Of a DNA stretch of 64,000 bases, positions 52,269-64,000 are shown in pieces; the first letter of the stretch is position 1, and each line of letters begins with the position of its first letter. The notes under the pieces are model-generated. The model had not been told where the DNA came from. It ran no database searches and saw only the letters and a list, made by a program, of their open reading frames with translations. The stretch comes from Mobula hypostoma (lineage: Eukaryota). The position numbers and the translations under genes are program-made. Where the stretch lies: NCBI RefSeq assembly GCF_963921235.1, contig NC_086108.1, positions 5,642,001 to 5,706,000 of the forward strand. Reading direction: 5' to 3'.

Positions 52269-54559
52269 CTGCTCCTTCTTCCTGATGGCAGCAGTGAGAA
52301 GCGAGAATCACCATGGTGGTGGAAGTCCTTGTTGATGGATCCTGCTTGCCCGTGACTGTGCTCCATGTAGGTGTGCTCAATGGGGGGGAGGGTTTTACCT
52401 GTGACTGGCTGGGCTGTAGCCCAGTTTCTGTAGACGTTTCTGTTCCTGTGACAGCGCTTCGTGTAGATGCTGTGACCACACGTTATGTTTCCAGTACTTT
52501 CTATTTTAGTTTCAGATTTGTACTATCTGTGAGGCTGTTTTTTTAAAAAAAATTACTGTTAATTTCTTTATTTGTGAGCATGAGTGAACACTTTTGTTTT
52601 ACTCAAGTGATCAGTTGACCTGAAAGTGTGTGTAAGTAGACCGATAAAGAAAGAGATGGGGAAGAGAATGACAGAACAGGTCAGAACGTGTTACACATCC
52701 AACAATCTTAGTTTCCGGTGGCAAGAGGGCACTTGCCCTTGGATACGAGAACATAGAACCTAACGTACAAGAACCAGCTGTATACAGAACATTACAGCAT
52801 AGTACAGGCCCTTCAGCCCACAACATTGTGCTGACCTTTTAACCTACCCTTAAGATCAATTTAACCCTCCCCTCCTACACAGCCCAGTGTTTTTCTTTCA
52901 CCCATGTGCCTATCTAATTTGTTCATCAGTTCTGTGTCATTTCATATATTGTGGGCGATCAAAGTCTTTCCGTGACTATGATTGTTCTTGGCAAATTTTT
53001 CTACAGAAATGGTTTGCCATTGCCTTCTTTTGAGCAGTGTCTTTAACAGACGGGTGACCCCGGCCATTATCAATACTCTTCAGAGATTGTCTGCCTGGCG
53101 TCAGTGGTCACATAAACAGGACTGGCTGCTCCCATGGCTTCATGTGACCCTGATCTGTGGGGGTGGGGGGCTAAGCAGGTGCTACCCCTTGCCCAGGCTA
53201 GCGGAGGGAAGGAGTACCTTCCACCTCCATTGGTAGAGATGTTCCTCCACCTCATCCGTTGCTGTGCTGTAGTGCCCTACAACTCCTCTGCCACGGGATA
53301 CTCGAGGGGAACTTCTTTGCTCTCAGGGTGGTGAGAGTGTGGAAGGATGCAAGTCCAGGTGTGGGTCAATGGGATAGGCAGAGCAACAGTTTGGCATGGA
53401 CTAGATGGGCTGAAGGGCTGTCACACTCTACAATGTCTCCACCCTGGGAAAAATATTCTATCTACAACCTGTAGAGAGACCCAGTTAGGCTAGATAGTTA
53501 TTCCATTGAAAACAGCTCTGTTTGATTTTCCTGAACTGTTAAATCACCATTTGAGTTTTACAACTTGAAATCTGGAATAATGGTATAAGGAAATTTTAGT
53601 AGCAAGGGAGGAATTTGGTTTGAATTGTAGAGTTGTAGCAGAATCAAATCTCCCCTCCTCATTGGCCACTCTAGTGGCATAGTGGATAAAGCTGCTGCCT
53701 CAGAGACGAAGAAACCCAGGTTAGCCCCTGCCTCCTGCACTGTCTGTGTGGAGTTTGCATGTTGCACATTCCCCCCCACCTCCCCACGATCCTCTGGGTG
53801 ATCCAGTCCCCCCCCCCCACAAGGTTAACTGGTCGCTGTAAATTGCCTGCCGTATGTAGAGGAGTGGATGGGAGTGTGGGATGGGGTGGGTTGCTGCGAG
53901 GGTCAGCATTGTGTAGATGGGCCCAAAGCTTGATTATGGTAAAGGTAAGATAGAATGGTTTGGGAGATACGTAGATTGGGAGGCCGCTCCTTTGCTTCTT
54001 CTGGCCACAAAAAGCATAATCTCCCAGTGGCCATCCATCTCTCATTCCAACAGGTCAGTCCATGGCCTGCTCTAGTGCCACAACCAGGCCACACTCAAGT
54101 TGGAGGAGCAACACATTTCATTCTGTCTGGGTAGCATCCCACCTGATGGATTTCTCAAACTTCCAGGAATGCTCCCCACCACCCCTCACTTCACCATTTC
54201 CCATCCCCTTTTTCCTCTCTCACCTCCCTCTGATGCTCCCCCCTTTTCTTTCTTCCATGGCCTCCTATCCTCACTTATTAGATTCCCCCCTTAAGTCAAC
54301 TTCCCAGCTCTTTATTTCACCCCCCCACCCGGCTTCACCTATCCTCTACCCTCCCCCCACCTTTTAAATCCACTCCTCATCTTTTTTTTTCACTCCAGCC
54401 CTGCTGAAGAAGGGTCTTGGTCTGAAAAATCGACTCTGCGCTTTTCCAAGACGCTGCCTGGCCCGCTTGAGTTCCTCCAGCATTTTGTGTTTCGCTTAGA
54501 GTGACGAGGACTGGCTTTTCCCAGAAAATATTGTCAATAAAATCAGGGAGAGGTGCAGC

Positions 54560-55020
54560 TTTAAGAAAATCACTGCGTGAAGAAAATCCCGATTGTTTGG
54601 AGTCTCAGGACACGAGAGCCCCCGTTTTCATTAAAGGGACGGGAAGGTGACCGCTTTTCGGTAGTGGGCGCGGCCCCGAGATACGGAAGGCGGGGTTTGC
54701 TCGGCTTCCACGTGGGTGGACGGGACCCAAACAGTCCGGTTAAAAGTGGCAGCGACCAGACGGAGGAAGGGCTGCGAGAGTGCGGGCAAAGCAAGTCTCA
54801 AGTGCCTGTCAATTCTTTCCTCTGGCGATAGCGGAGCCTGACGCACGCTGCAGTCAGGGTCGGTGAATCACGGCGTAAAGTCGCAGCCAAACTTCTCTGC
54901 TGCAAGTGACAAGACCAGGAAGAAAGTTTGAAAACTGTCAGCGGGCGAACAGCGTGTTCCGAGATCTCTCTCTCTCTCTCTCTCTTCCCCCTCCCTCCAC
55001 AACATCAACCCCTCCAGCTG
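54560..55020 (+). promoter_or_regulatory. Promoter-like CpG-rich segment and probable 5' UTR
   Basis: GC box AAGGCGGGG 54687-54695, E-box CCACGTGG 54708-54715 and TATA-like TTAAAA 54740-54745. The sequence is non-repetitive and CpG-rich, and stays intermittently so to about 59300. Confidence 0.55.
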
Positions 55021-55024
55021 CAGC

Positions 55025-55111
55025 ATGTCGCCCCTCTCTCTCATCCTCCTGACCATAGAACTCTTCGGCTTCTCCACGCCCTCGAAGCCGCCTCGATTCG
55101 ACCGGACCCTG
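55025..55111 (+). CDS. Candidate first coding exon with signal-peptide-like sequence (gene unidentified)
   Basis: agcATG opens MSPLSLILLTIELFGFSTPSKPPRFDRTL, followed by a strong donor CTG|gtaagc, downstream of promoter-like motifs. No homolog recognised. Confidence 0.4.
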
Positions 55112-58100
55112 GTAAGCTGTGCGCTCGAACGGTTACGAGGTCGATTCGAGTCAATAATTATTATGTAGAGCAATTTTGGGGCGCACGTTTGAAAATATAA
55201 ACATTTTTTTAAAGCCAAGTTTCGCCCAAAGCTTTACCCGTGTAAAACTCGGAAGCAGAAGTTCTTAAGCCCATCACCCGTACAGGGGCACAAGGCGCCG
55301 ACAGTAGGTGGCCAGAGTCTTTCAGGTTGTCCTCAGGTGTAGCCCATCTTCCAAAATCCCTTTTCCCAGGGATGAAGTCTTTGGAGCTTCTGTAGCTCTG
55401 GGTTTTTACGGGATGGGGTCGCCATCCCCGTGGCCAACCCCCCTCCTCCTCTCGCAGCCGGGCTCTGTCCATAGCAGAGCTGAAGTTCTTTCAGTCCCAT
55501 TTAAGTAAAAATTACAAAGCTATTCAGCGGGTCAGGCAGCATCTGTAAAGAGTCGGGGTCGGGACCCACCCTCTGATAAAGGACCTCGGAAGTTTTTGTT
55601 CAAACATCTTGTCTCCATTTGAAAAATGTAGTATCTGCGATTCCACTAGTACAGAGAAAGTTTATTGTAAACGCGATCCTTGCAGATTCCGAATCAAGCT
55701 TTTAAAGAAAGCGCTCGGAAATTCATTGAGAAAAGATTTCCATTGAGTTGATGGTCGAGAGGTTACCGCGCGGGATTTCCACACTACCCGGTTTAGACTG
55801 GGGAGCGGTTTACTCCAAGAGAGCCGCTGCGTTAAGTGTTGTGGAAGAGCTTCCGATTCGCCGATTACTCTCATCTCCGTCTGCACATGGAACGGCTCCC
55901 ATATAAACCAGGGCTTGGGAACTGGTCCACGCACAGTAACCGTCCTGGCATGTGGAGGGAGTAGTTATCGAATTTGTGATCCTTTTTCGTGCCTTCAGTT
56001 TGAAGGAACATAGAGCAATGTACGGTGAGTTACCGCGGATTTCTCCAGAGGGCGCAGTTGCATTCGCCAGCCCCACCCCCGTAAATGATTAGATATTGAA
56101 AGGGCAGGCAGCATCTACAGGCAGAGGAATAAAGAGTTACCCGACAAGACCCTTCATCAGGACTGATCCTCATTCTCTCTCCAAAGATGCTGCCTGACCC
56201 GCTGAGCGTCTCCAGGTGTGTGTTTGTGTGTGTCTGGATTTCCAGCATCTGCAGGGTCTCTTGTGTCCGGCTATTCAAAGGGCAAATTCTGCGTCATTCG
56301 CTCCCACCCCGAGCCCCGCGAGTCGCATTCACTGTCTTCCTCCTCTCCTTCCGGAGGAGGTGGGTACCTTCCGCCGCCACCACTCCCCCTCAGGTGGGGA
56401 TCGAGAATGTGCCGCCCGACTGAGGACCCAAGGGTAATTCCCAACTGCGAGATGGGAAGAGGAGACATTTTAAAACTCAGATGCCGGACACCTGAAATCT
56501 GAACACCAAAATGGCAAAACACTCATCAGGTTAGGCAGCATCGACGGAGGTGGAAACGGGTCCCCGGCCGAGAGTTCGTAGTTCTCCCTGGACTGTTGTG
56601 TCCCCAAAACTTTCTAGTTTTATTGGGAAAACAGAAAGGGGCAGGTACAAAATTCTGACTGATCACGTGGGACCTACACAATGGGATACGAAAGACTTCC
56701 GATATTTTAATTTAAATATAATAACCTATAAGACCCGTATAATTCAAGGCTTAAAATATATATCCGCAATGGCTCTCTGGGTCCAGCCAGACTCTGGGCC
56801 ATGGGGGGGGGGCGGGGGTCACAATAAACGCACCTGCTCTCAATATCTACCCTTCCCCTCTGCTTGCTGGAGATTCCCCTTGTTGGAATTCCGGTGCACT
56901 CTTTAGCGCGGTTTCCCTTCTTGGAGGAGGACAAGGGAAGAGAGAAAAATCGCCGTTTACCAAAAGGTCTCGCGGCACCCTTTTAAATTGTTCTTCCCCT
57001 TCCCATTTCGACATGCCGGTCCATGACCTTATCTATTGCCGTGACGAGGCCAAACTCGGGTTTGAGGTTTATTCCGTCTTGGTGACCTCCATCCTGATGG
57101 CATGAACAACGATTTGTCTAACTTCTGATAACGTCTTTCTCTCTTCTCTTTCCTCCCCATCCCCCGTTCTGACTCTCTCTCCGCAACTGCCCATCAACTG
57201 CCCCCACCGTGTCCCTTCACCTTCCATGGTCCCCTCTCCTTTCTTATCGATTCTTTCTTCAGCCCTCACCTCTTCTACCTATCACCCAGTTTTTCACTTC
57301 ATCCCTCTCCCCGTCACCTGGGCTCACCCATCACCTGCCAGCGTGAACTCCTCCCCACCCCCCCGCAACCTTATCCTGTCTTCTTCCCCCTTTCTCTTCA
57401 GTCCTGCCGAAGGCTCTCACAGTCCGAAACATATCTCCATTGATGCTGCTTGGCCTGTTGAGTACAGTTCCATGCGTGGGCCCAAACCCCATCCAGGCCA
57501 ACCTCTTCACCGGTCCGCTGTGTGGTTGTAACCCAGAGTCAGGCCGCCCTCCCCCCGCCGCGACATCCCCCCGAGCCCAGCGGCTGGGTGAGGGACCTCT
57601 GCGGCTCCACACCAGAATGTTGTGGGAGTAAGTGGGGTGATCTGGCCGGGATAAGGGGCGGGGAACCGCCTCCGAGCGGAACCACTGGAGGAACAGCTGG
57701 TTCAGACCTGCGAAACAAATGTGGTTCTTAGGCCCTTTGTAAATAACGATGTATATAGTTTCACATTCCTATTTTCAATGGGAAAATCACTGTAATTGAT
57801 TAGTAAAAGCGACCATTCTAGTTACTACCCCAACCACTACCTCTCACCCCCGTCACTGCAGACACTTTAAATCTCCTTTATTTTTTTGAAAAGAAGTTCC
57901 GCAGTGTAGTGGTAGCACAATGGTTTACAGGCAACTTGGGTTCACTTCTCGGTCGGGATTAGGCTAGGGTTAACTCGGGGGATCTCCGGGCGGCGCGGCT
58001 CGAAGGGCCGAAGGGCCTATTCTGCGCTGTTATCTCAATAAAAAATATAATTCGGTTAATATTGTAAATATTTATGCGCATTTTATTCCACATTTATACT

Positions 58101-59787
58101 TTAACCTCTAACTTTATATTTCGTGTAATTCGTTATTAATAGTTAACTGTTGTTTATTGTTGGATGTCGTGCGGTGACCAACACGCCACGGCAAATCCGT
58201 AATACATGTACTTTTATTACTTATCGAGGCACAGCACGGAATAGGCCCTCCGAGCCGCGCCGCTCAGCAATCCTCTGATTTAATCAGAACCTAATCCCGG
58301 GACAGTTTACAATGACCATTTAATCCACCGACTGGTACGTCCCTGGATTGTGGGAGGAAACCCACGAGGTCACGGGAAGAATTTGCGGGCGGTGGCGGGA
58401 ATTGGACCCAGGTCACCTGTACTGTAAAGCGTTGCGTTACCAATGAAGTTGATCCTTGGAACAATTATTAATTAACAATTCTGAGGGTGCTACTATTTAC
58501 AATGGGGATAGCTGGACATTTGTATTTTTGTTCAGTGGGGGCTCCTGAGTTTGGCAGTCGAGGACCGAGATAACTTGGTTGTTCCTCAGCCGAGCGCTCG
58601 GCGGTGTCTGCAGGCGGCGGAAGGCGTGGGGGTTTAGACACGAATCGCGGGCAATTCCTGTCCGCTCTCACACATGCTGCATGGCCCACGGAGTTCGTCC
58701 AGCAGACTGTATGTTACCGTACTCCAGATTTCGGCATCCACAGTCTCGGGTGTCTCCATATCGTACGTGGCCCCACCGCGCCGGGGAGTCGCTTTAATTC
58801 CACTAATAGCGCAAAGGCCGTAGCGCATTCCGGTGGGATCAATGTAGCGGTATCAGTTAACTGGTTTACAATAATTTCGCGGAAGTTATTTTCGTGCTTG
58901 GCTTTCTTTCTCTCGGTTTTCCATTGGAAAAGCGTGAAATGGAAGGTGGATGAATTGAGGTTGCACATCTACTTATTAAACCTGCGGAGCCGGGGGTGGC
59001 GGGGTCGGTGAGTGTGTCTGTTGAAGCGAATGGGGTTACGAGTGACCTGGGAGCTGATTTTAAAATCAACCTTTCACGCCAAACTTAAAAAGAAAACATT
59101 GCCATCAGCTTTGGAGGACCTCATTATAGCCAGGGAGCTTGCCTCTATCTGGGTACCTGCAGGCGGCATTTCGCGCCGTCCGCTATTGCAGAGTCTGTGT
59201 TCGGCAGCAGATGGCGGGAGAGCTTTTGCCACACACGGGCTGAAATTCTGCAGATGCTGGAAATCCAGAACAGCAACACACGCTCTCAGTGCTGGAGGAA
59301 CTCAGCAGGTCAGGCAGCGGGGGTCCCAACCTTTTTTATACCACGGACGCACTACTATTAACAGAGGCGTCAGTGGAGCTCAGGTTGGCAACTCCAGACC
59401 TTTAGAGAGAAATGCATGTTTGACGTTTAGGTGGGAGGATAGAATCCGGATGAAAGGGGGGAGAGGGGGAGCGGAGCAGTAACTGGTGTTTGATGGGTGA
59501 ATCCAGGTGACAGGGCCTCCTCACCCCCTCTCGCACGGTCTGTCGATTGCCATGACTCCAAAATTAGGGCGGCACGGTACCGTAGTGGCCAGCGGAACGC
59601 TTTGCAGTTCCTCCAACATTTTATTTTCTGTATGTTGCTCGGATTTCCAGCATCTGCAGATTTTCTCTTGTTAGTAGTGCAGGAGACCCGCCGCTTCCTG
59701 TGAGGATCAGTGACGTAGTGTTCACAGGCTAATTGTTTGTTCAAAAAAGTCTACTGCCGGAAGGGGAAGACGCTGTTCCCGAAGTAA

Positions 59788-60370
59788 TGTCTGTGTGTCT
59801 CTGTGTGTGAGTGTGTGTGTGTGTGTGTGTGTGAGTGTGTGTGTCTCTGTGTCACTGTGTGTGTGTGTGTGTGTCTGGGTGTGTGTCTGTGTCTGTGTGT
59901 GAGTGTGTGTGTCTCTGTGTCACTGTGTGTGTGTCTGGGTGTGTGTGTGTGTGTCTGGGTGTGTGTGTGTGTCTGTGTGTGTGTGTGTGTCTGTGTGTGA
60001 GTGTGTGTGTCTCTGTGTCACTGTGTGTGTGTGTGTGTCTGGGTGTGTGTCTGTGTCTGTGTGTGAGTGTGTGTGTCTCTGTGTCACTGTGTGTGTGTCT
60101 GGGTGTGTGTGTGTGTGTCTGGGTGTGTGTGTGTGTCTGTGTGTGAGTGTGTGTGTCTCTGTGTCACTGTGTGTGTGTGTGTCTGGGTGTGTGTGTGTGT
60201 CTGTGTGTGAGTGTGTGTGTCTCTGTGTCACTGTGTGTGTGTGTGTGTCTGGGTGTGTGTCTGTGTCTGTGTGTGAGTGTGTGTGTCTCTGTGTCACTGT
60301 GTGTGTGTGTGTGTCTGGGTGTGTGTGTGTGTCTGTGTGTGAGTGTGTGTGTCTCTGTGTCACTGTGTGT

Positions 60371-60416
<46 letters not shown>
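59788..60416. repeat. Higher-order compound TG repeat
   Basis: About 8 variable units of GAGTGTGTGTGTCTCTGTGTCACT(GT)nCTGGGT. Confidence 0.95.
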
Positions 60417-60420
<4 letters not shown>

Positions 60421-61309
60421 TGTCCCTGATGGTAGCGTGGAGAAGAGCTATGTACTGGATGACGGGGTACCCAATGATGAATGCCGTCTATTGAAGGTGT
60501 CGATGCTGGGCAGTCTAGCGCCCGTGAAGGAACTGGCTGAGCTTCCATCTCTGCAGTTTCTGCAGCCAGGTGGAATGCTCTTCACGGCACACCTGTAGAA
60601 ATTTGCTAGACTCGCTGTAAGTGACATAACCAAATCTCTTCAAGCTCCAAATGCTGGTGGCGCGACTTGTTCAGAGGTTCGTTTAGTATCAGAGAATGTA
60701 TAAGACGTGAAATTCTTGCTCTTCACATACATCCACAAAACAAGAATGCCCATAGAATGAGTGATAGGAACATCTAACACCAACCCCTCTTCATAATTAC
60801 ATCAACATGTGTTGCCCAGGATAGGTCTTCTGAAACGTTGACACCCTCTGCTTCCCCACCTGGCCTTTTGTCCTATCAGATTTCATGTCCTTCAGCTCTT
60901 TGCCTCTTCTATCTATCACCTCCCAGCTCCTCAGAACAAGGTGACTTGTTCCATGCTTTGTGTTTTCAGTTGAACATTGGAGACGTGCTTTGCTGGCACT
61001 ACTATGGCTGCCGACACAACAACCAAAATATTTCACTAACATGAGAAAGTCTCTCAGCTGCCTTCTCCCCGTAGCCCTTTGTTTACTGACTAATCCAGAA
61101 CTGGCTAAAGAAGTTCCTCCTGATCTCCTTTCTAAATGAAACCATGTCTTTTGGTGTTAGACTCTCCCCACCATGGGAAACATCCTCTCCACATCCATTC
61201 TGCCAAGGCCTTTCAACATTCGATACGTTTCAATGAATTTCCCCCAGCCGTCGTTCTTCTGAATTCCAGTGAGTATAGGCCATGAGGCATCACCCCCCTC
61301 GTATGATAA

Positions 61310-61720
61310 GCAGTTGATAAGAGAGGAGAGTGGACAAGAGGAGAAAAAGAGGAGGAGAAAGAGAAGGAGGAGGAGGAGGAGGTGATAGGTACATGCCAGG
61401 AGGTAAGAGGCCAGATTAGGCAACAGAATAAGAAGGGAGTGAGGAAAGAATTTTTTTTAACCAGAGGGAGAAATGGATATTCATGCCATCAGGTTGGAGG
61501 CTACCCAGATGGAATACAAGGTGTTGCTCCTCCACCCTGAGGGTGGCCTCATCTTGGCACAAGAGGCTGTAGACCGACATGTGGAATGGGAATTGGAATT
61601 GACCACCGGGGAGTTTTGCTTCTGATTGATGAAGTGGAGGTGCTCGGTGAAGCGGTCCCCCAATTTAAAACAGGACTCACCAATGTAGAGGAGGCTGCAT
61701 CGGGAGCACCATTCACCGTA
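61310..61720 (-). mobile_element. Penelope-like GIY-YIG fragment
   Basis: WCSRCSLLYIGES..KLGDRFTEHL. Confidence 0.75.
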
Positions 61721-61956
61721 TGCTTCGATGCACATCTGATAGAACTGAATCTCACATCTCCTACCTACCTCTCGCCCCTGAGCTCCTCCAGTGATTTGTA
61801 CATTGCTCCCTTCCTGCACCTGCCATCTCTGTCTTTAATACAGTGGCATCACAAATATAGCTGAAGCCTTGTGTTGATGCATCTTCTGTGCTTACATTAA
61901 ATCCAACGGTCTTTGCATTGTCATCTCCATCAATAAGTGCAGCGTCATATGATATG

Positions 61957-64000
61957 GAAACACAGAAACATAGAAAATAGGTGCAGGAGTAGGCCATTCG
62001 GCCCTTCGAGCCTGCACCGCCAGTTATTATGATCATGGCTGATCATCCAACTCAGAACCCCGCCCCAGCCTTCCCTCCATACCCCCTGACCCCCGTAGCC
62101 ACAAGGGCCATATCTAACTCCCTCTTAAATATAGCCAATGAACTGGCCTCAACTGTTTCCTGTGGCAGAGAATTCCACAGATTCACCACTCTCTGCGTGA
62201 AGAAGTTTTTCCTAATCTCGATCCTAAAAGGCTTCCCCTTTATCCTCAAACTGTGACCCCTCGTTCTGGACTTCTCCAACATTGGGAACAATCTTCCTGC
62301 ATCTAGCCTGTCCAATCCCTTTAGGATTTTATACGTTTCAATCAGATCCCCCCTCAATCTTCTAAATTCCAACGAGTATAAGCCTAGTTCATCCAGTCTT
62401 TCTTCATATGAAAGTCCTGCCATCCCAGGAATCAATCTGGTGAACCTTCTTTGTACTCCCTCTATGGCAAGAATGTCTTTCTTCAGATTAGGGGACCAAA
62501 ACTGCACACAATACTCCAGGTGTGGTCTCACCAAGGCATTGTACAACTGCAGTAGTACCTCCCTGCTCCTGTACTCGAATCCTCTCGCTATAAATGCCAG
62601 CATACCATTCACCTTTTTCACCGCCTGCTGTACCTGCATGCCCACTTTCAATGACTGGTGTATAATGACACCCAGGTCTCGTTGCACTTCCCCTTTTCCT
62701 AATCGGCCACCATTCAGATAATAATCTGTTTTCCTATTTTTGCCACCAAAGTGGATAACTTCACATTTATCCACATTAAATTGCATCTGCCATGAATTTG
62801 CCCACTCACCCAACCTATCCAAGTCACCCTGCATCCTCTTAGCATCCTCCTCACAGCTGACACTGCCACCCAGCTTCGTGTCATCCGCAAACTTGGAGAT
62901 GCTGCATTTAATTCCCTCATCCAAGTCATTAATATATATTGTAAACAACTGGGGTCCCAGCACTGAGCCTTGCAGTACCCCACTAGTCACTGCCTGCCAT
63001 TCTGAAAAGGTCCCGTTTATTCTCACTCTTTGCTTCCTGTCTGCTAACCAATTCTCTATCCACATCAATACCTTACCCCCAATACCATGTGCTTTAAGTT
63101 TACACACTAATCTCTAATCTCCTGTGTGGAACCTTGTCAAAAGCCTTTTGAAAATCCAAATATACCACATCCACTGGTTCTCCCCTATCCACTCTACTAG
63201 TTACATCCCCATAAAATTCTATGAGATTCGTCAGACATGATTTTCCTTTCACAAATCCATGCTAACTTTGTCCGATGATTTCACTGCTTTCCAAATGTGC
63301 TGTTATCACATCTTTGATAACTGACTCCAGCAGTTTCCCCACCACCGACGTTAGGCTAACCGGTCTATAATTCCCCGGTTTCTCTCTCCCTCCTTTTTTA
63401 AAAAGTGGGGTTACATTAGCCACCCTCCAATCCTCAGGAACTAGTCCAGAATCTAACGAGTTTTGAAAAATTATCACTAATGCATCCACTATTTCTTGGG
63501 CTACTTCCTTAAGCACTCTGGGATGCAGACCATCTGGCCCTGGGGATTTATCTGCCTTTAATCCCTTCAATTTACCTAACACCACTTCCCTACTAACATG
63601 TATTTCGCTCAGTTCCTCCATCTCACTGGACCCTCTGTCCCCTACTATTTCGGGAAGATTATTTATGTCCTCCTTAGCGAAGACAGAACCAAAGTAATTA
63701 TTCAATTGGTCTGCCATGTCCTTGCTGCCCATAATCAATTCACCTGTTTCTGTCTGTAGGGGACCTACATTTGTCTTTACCAGTCTTTTCCTTTTTACAT
63801 ATCTATAAAAGCTTTTACAGTCAGTTTTTATGTTCCCTGCCAGTTTTCTCTCATAATCTTTTTTCCCCTTCCTAATTAAGCCCTTTGTCCTCCTCTGCTG
63901 AACTCTGAATTTCTCCCAGTCCTCAGGTGAGCCACTTTTTCTGGCTAATTTGTATGCTTCTTCTTTGGAATTGATACTATCCCTAATTTCTCTTGTCAGC
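61957..64000 (-). mobile_element. Young CR1 LINE ORF2 (runs off the window)
   Basis: ORFs 63262-63738 and 62052-63107 with KSPGPDGLHPRVLKE, NYRPVSLTSVVGK, QGSVLGP and KFADDTK. Disrupted near 63110-63260. (ATAGAAAC)-type tail. Confidence 0.95.

Noticed and set aside
59803..60598. Long Cys/Val- and His/Thr-rich ORFs
   Set aside because: They are translations of the TG microsatellite. The same applies to ORFs at 10552-11367 and 12243-12960.

Overview
Repeat-dominated vertebrate genomic DNA. The repeat complement (CR1, Rex/L2-type LINE tails, Penelope-like elements, tRNA-derived SINEs) suggests a cartilaginous fish, probably a ray; this is inference. Most of the window is nested, degraded transposons: CR1, Rex1/Babar, an I/Nimb-type LINE remnant, Penelope-like elements with minimal hammerhead ribozyme motifs, solo LTRs, a TRIM-like LTR element, two Chapaev3-type DNA transposons, Tc1 remnants, hAT MITEs and a non-autonomous Helitron with 23-aa repeats. 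Host-gene signal is limited. A CpG island at about 11.2-12.3 kb holds the first coding exon (minus strand) of a strongly diverged WDR92/DNAAF10-like gene. A CpG-rich region at about 54.5-59.3 kb has a promoter-like segment and a candidate signal-peptide first exon (+), and a second candidate signal-peptide exon lies at 33.5 kb. I found no clearly new multi-gene system. All family assignments come from motif recognition by eye, without database searches, and boundaries not defined by TSDs or TIRs are approximate.
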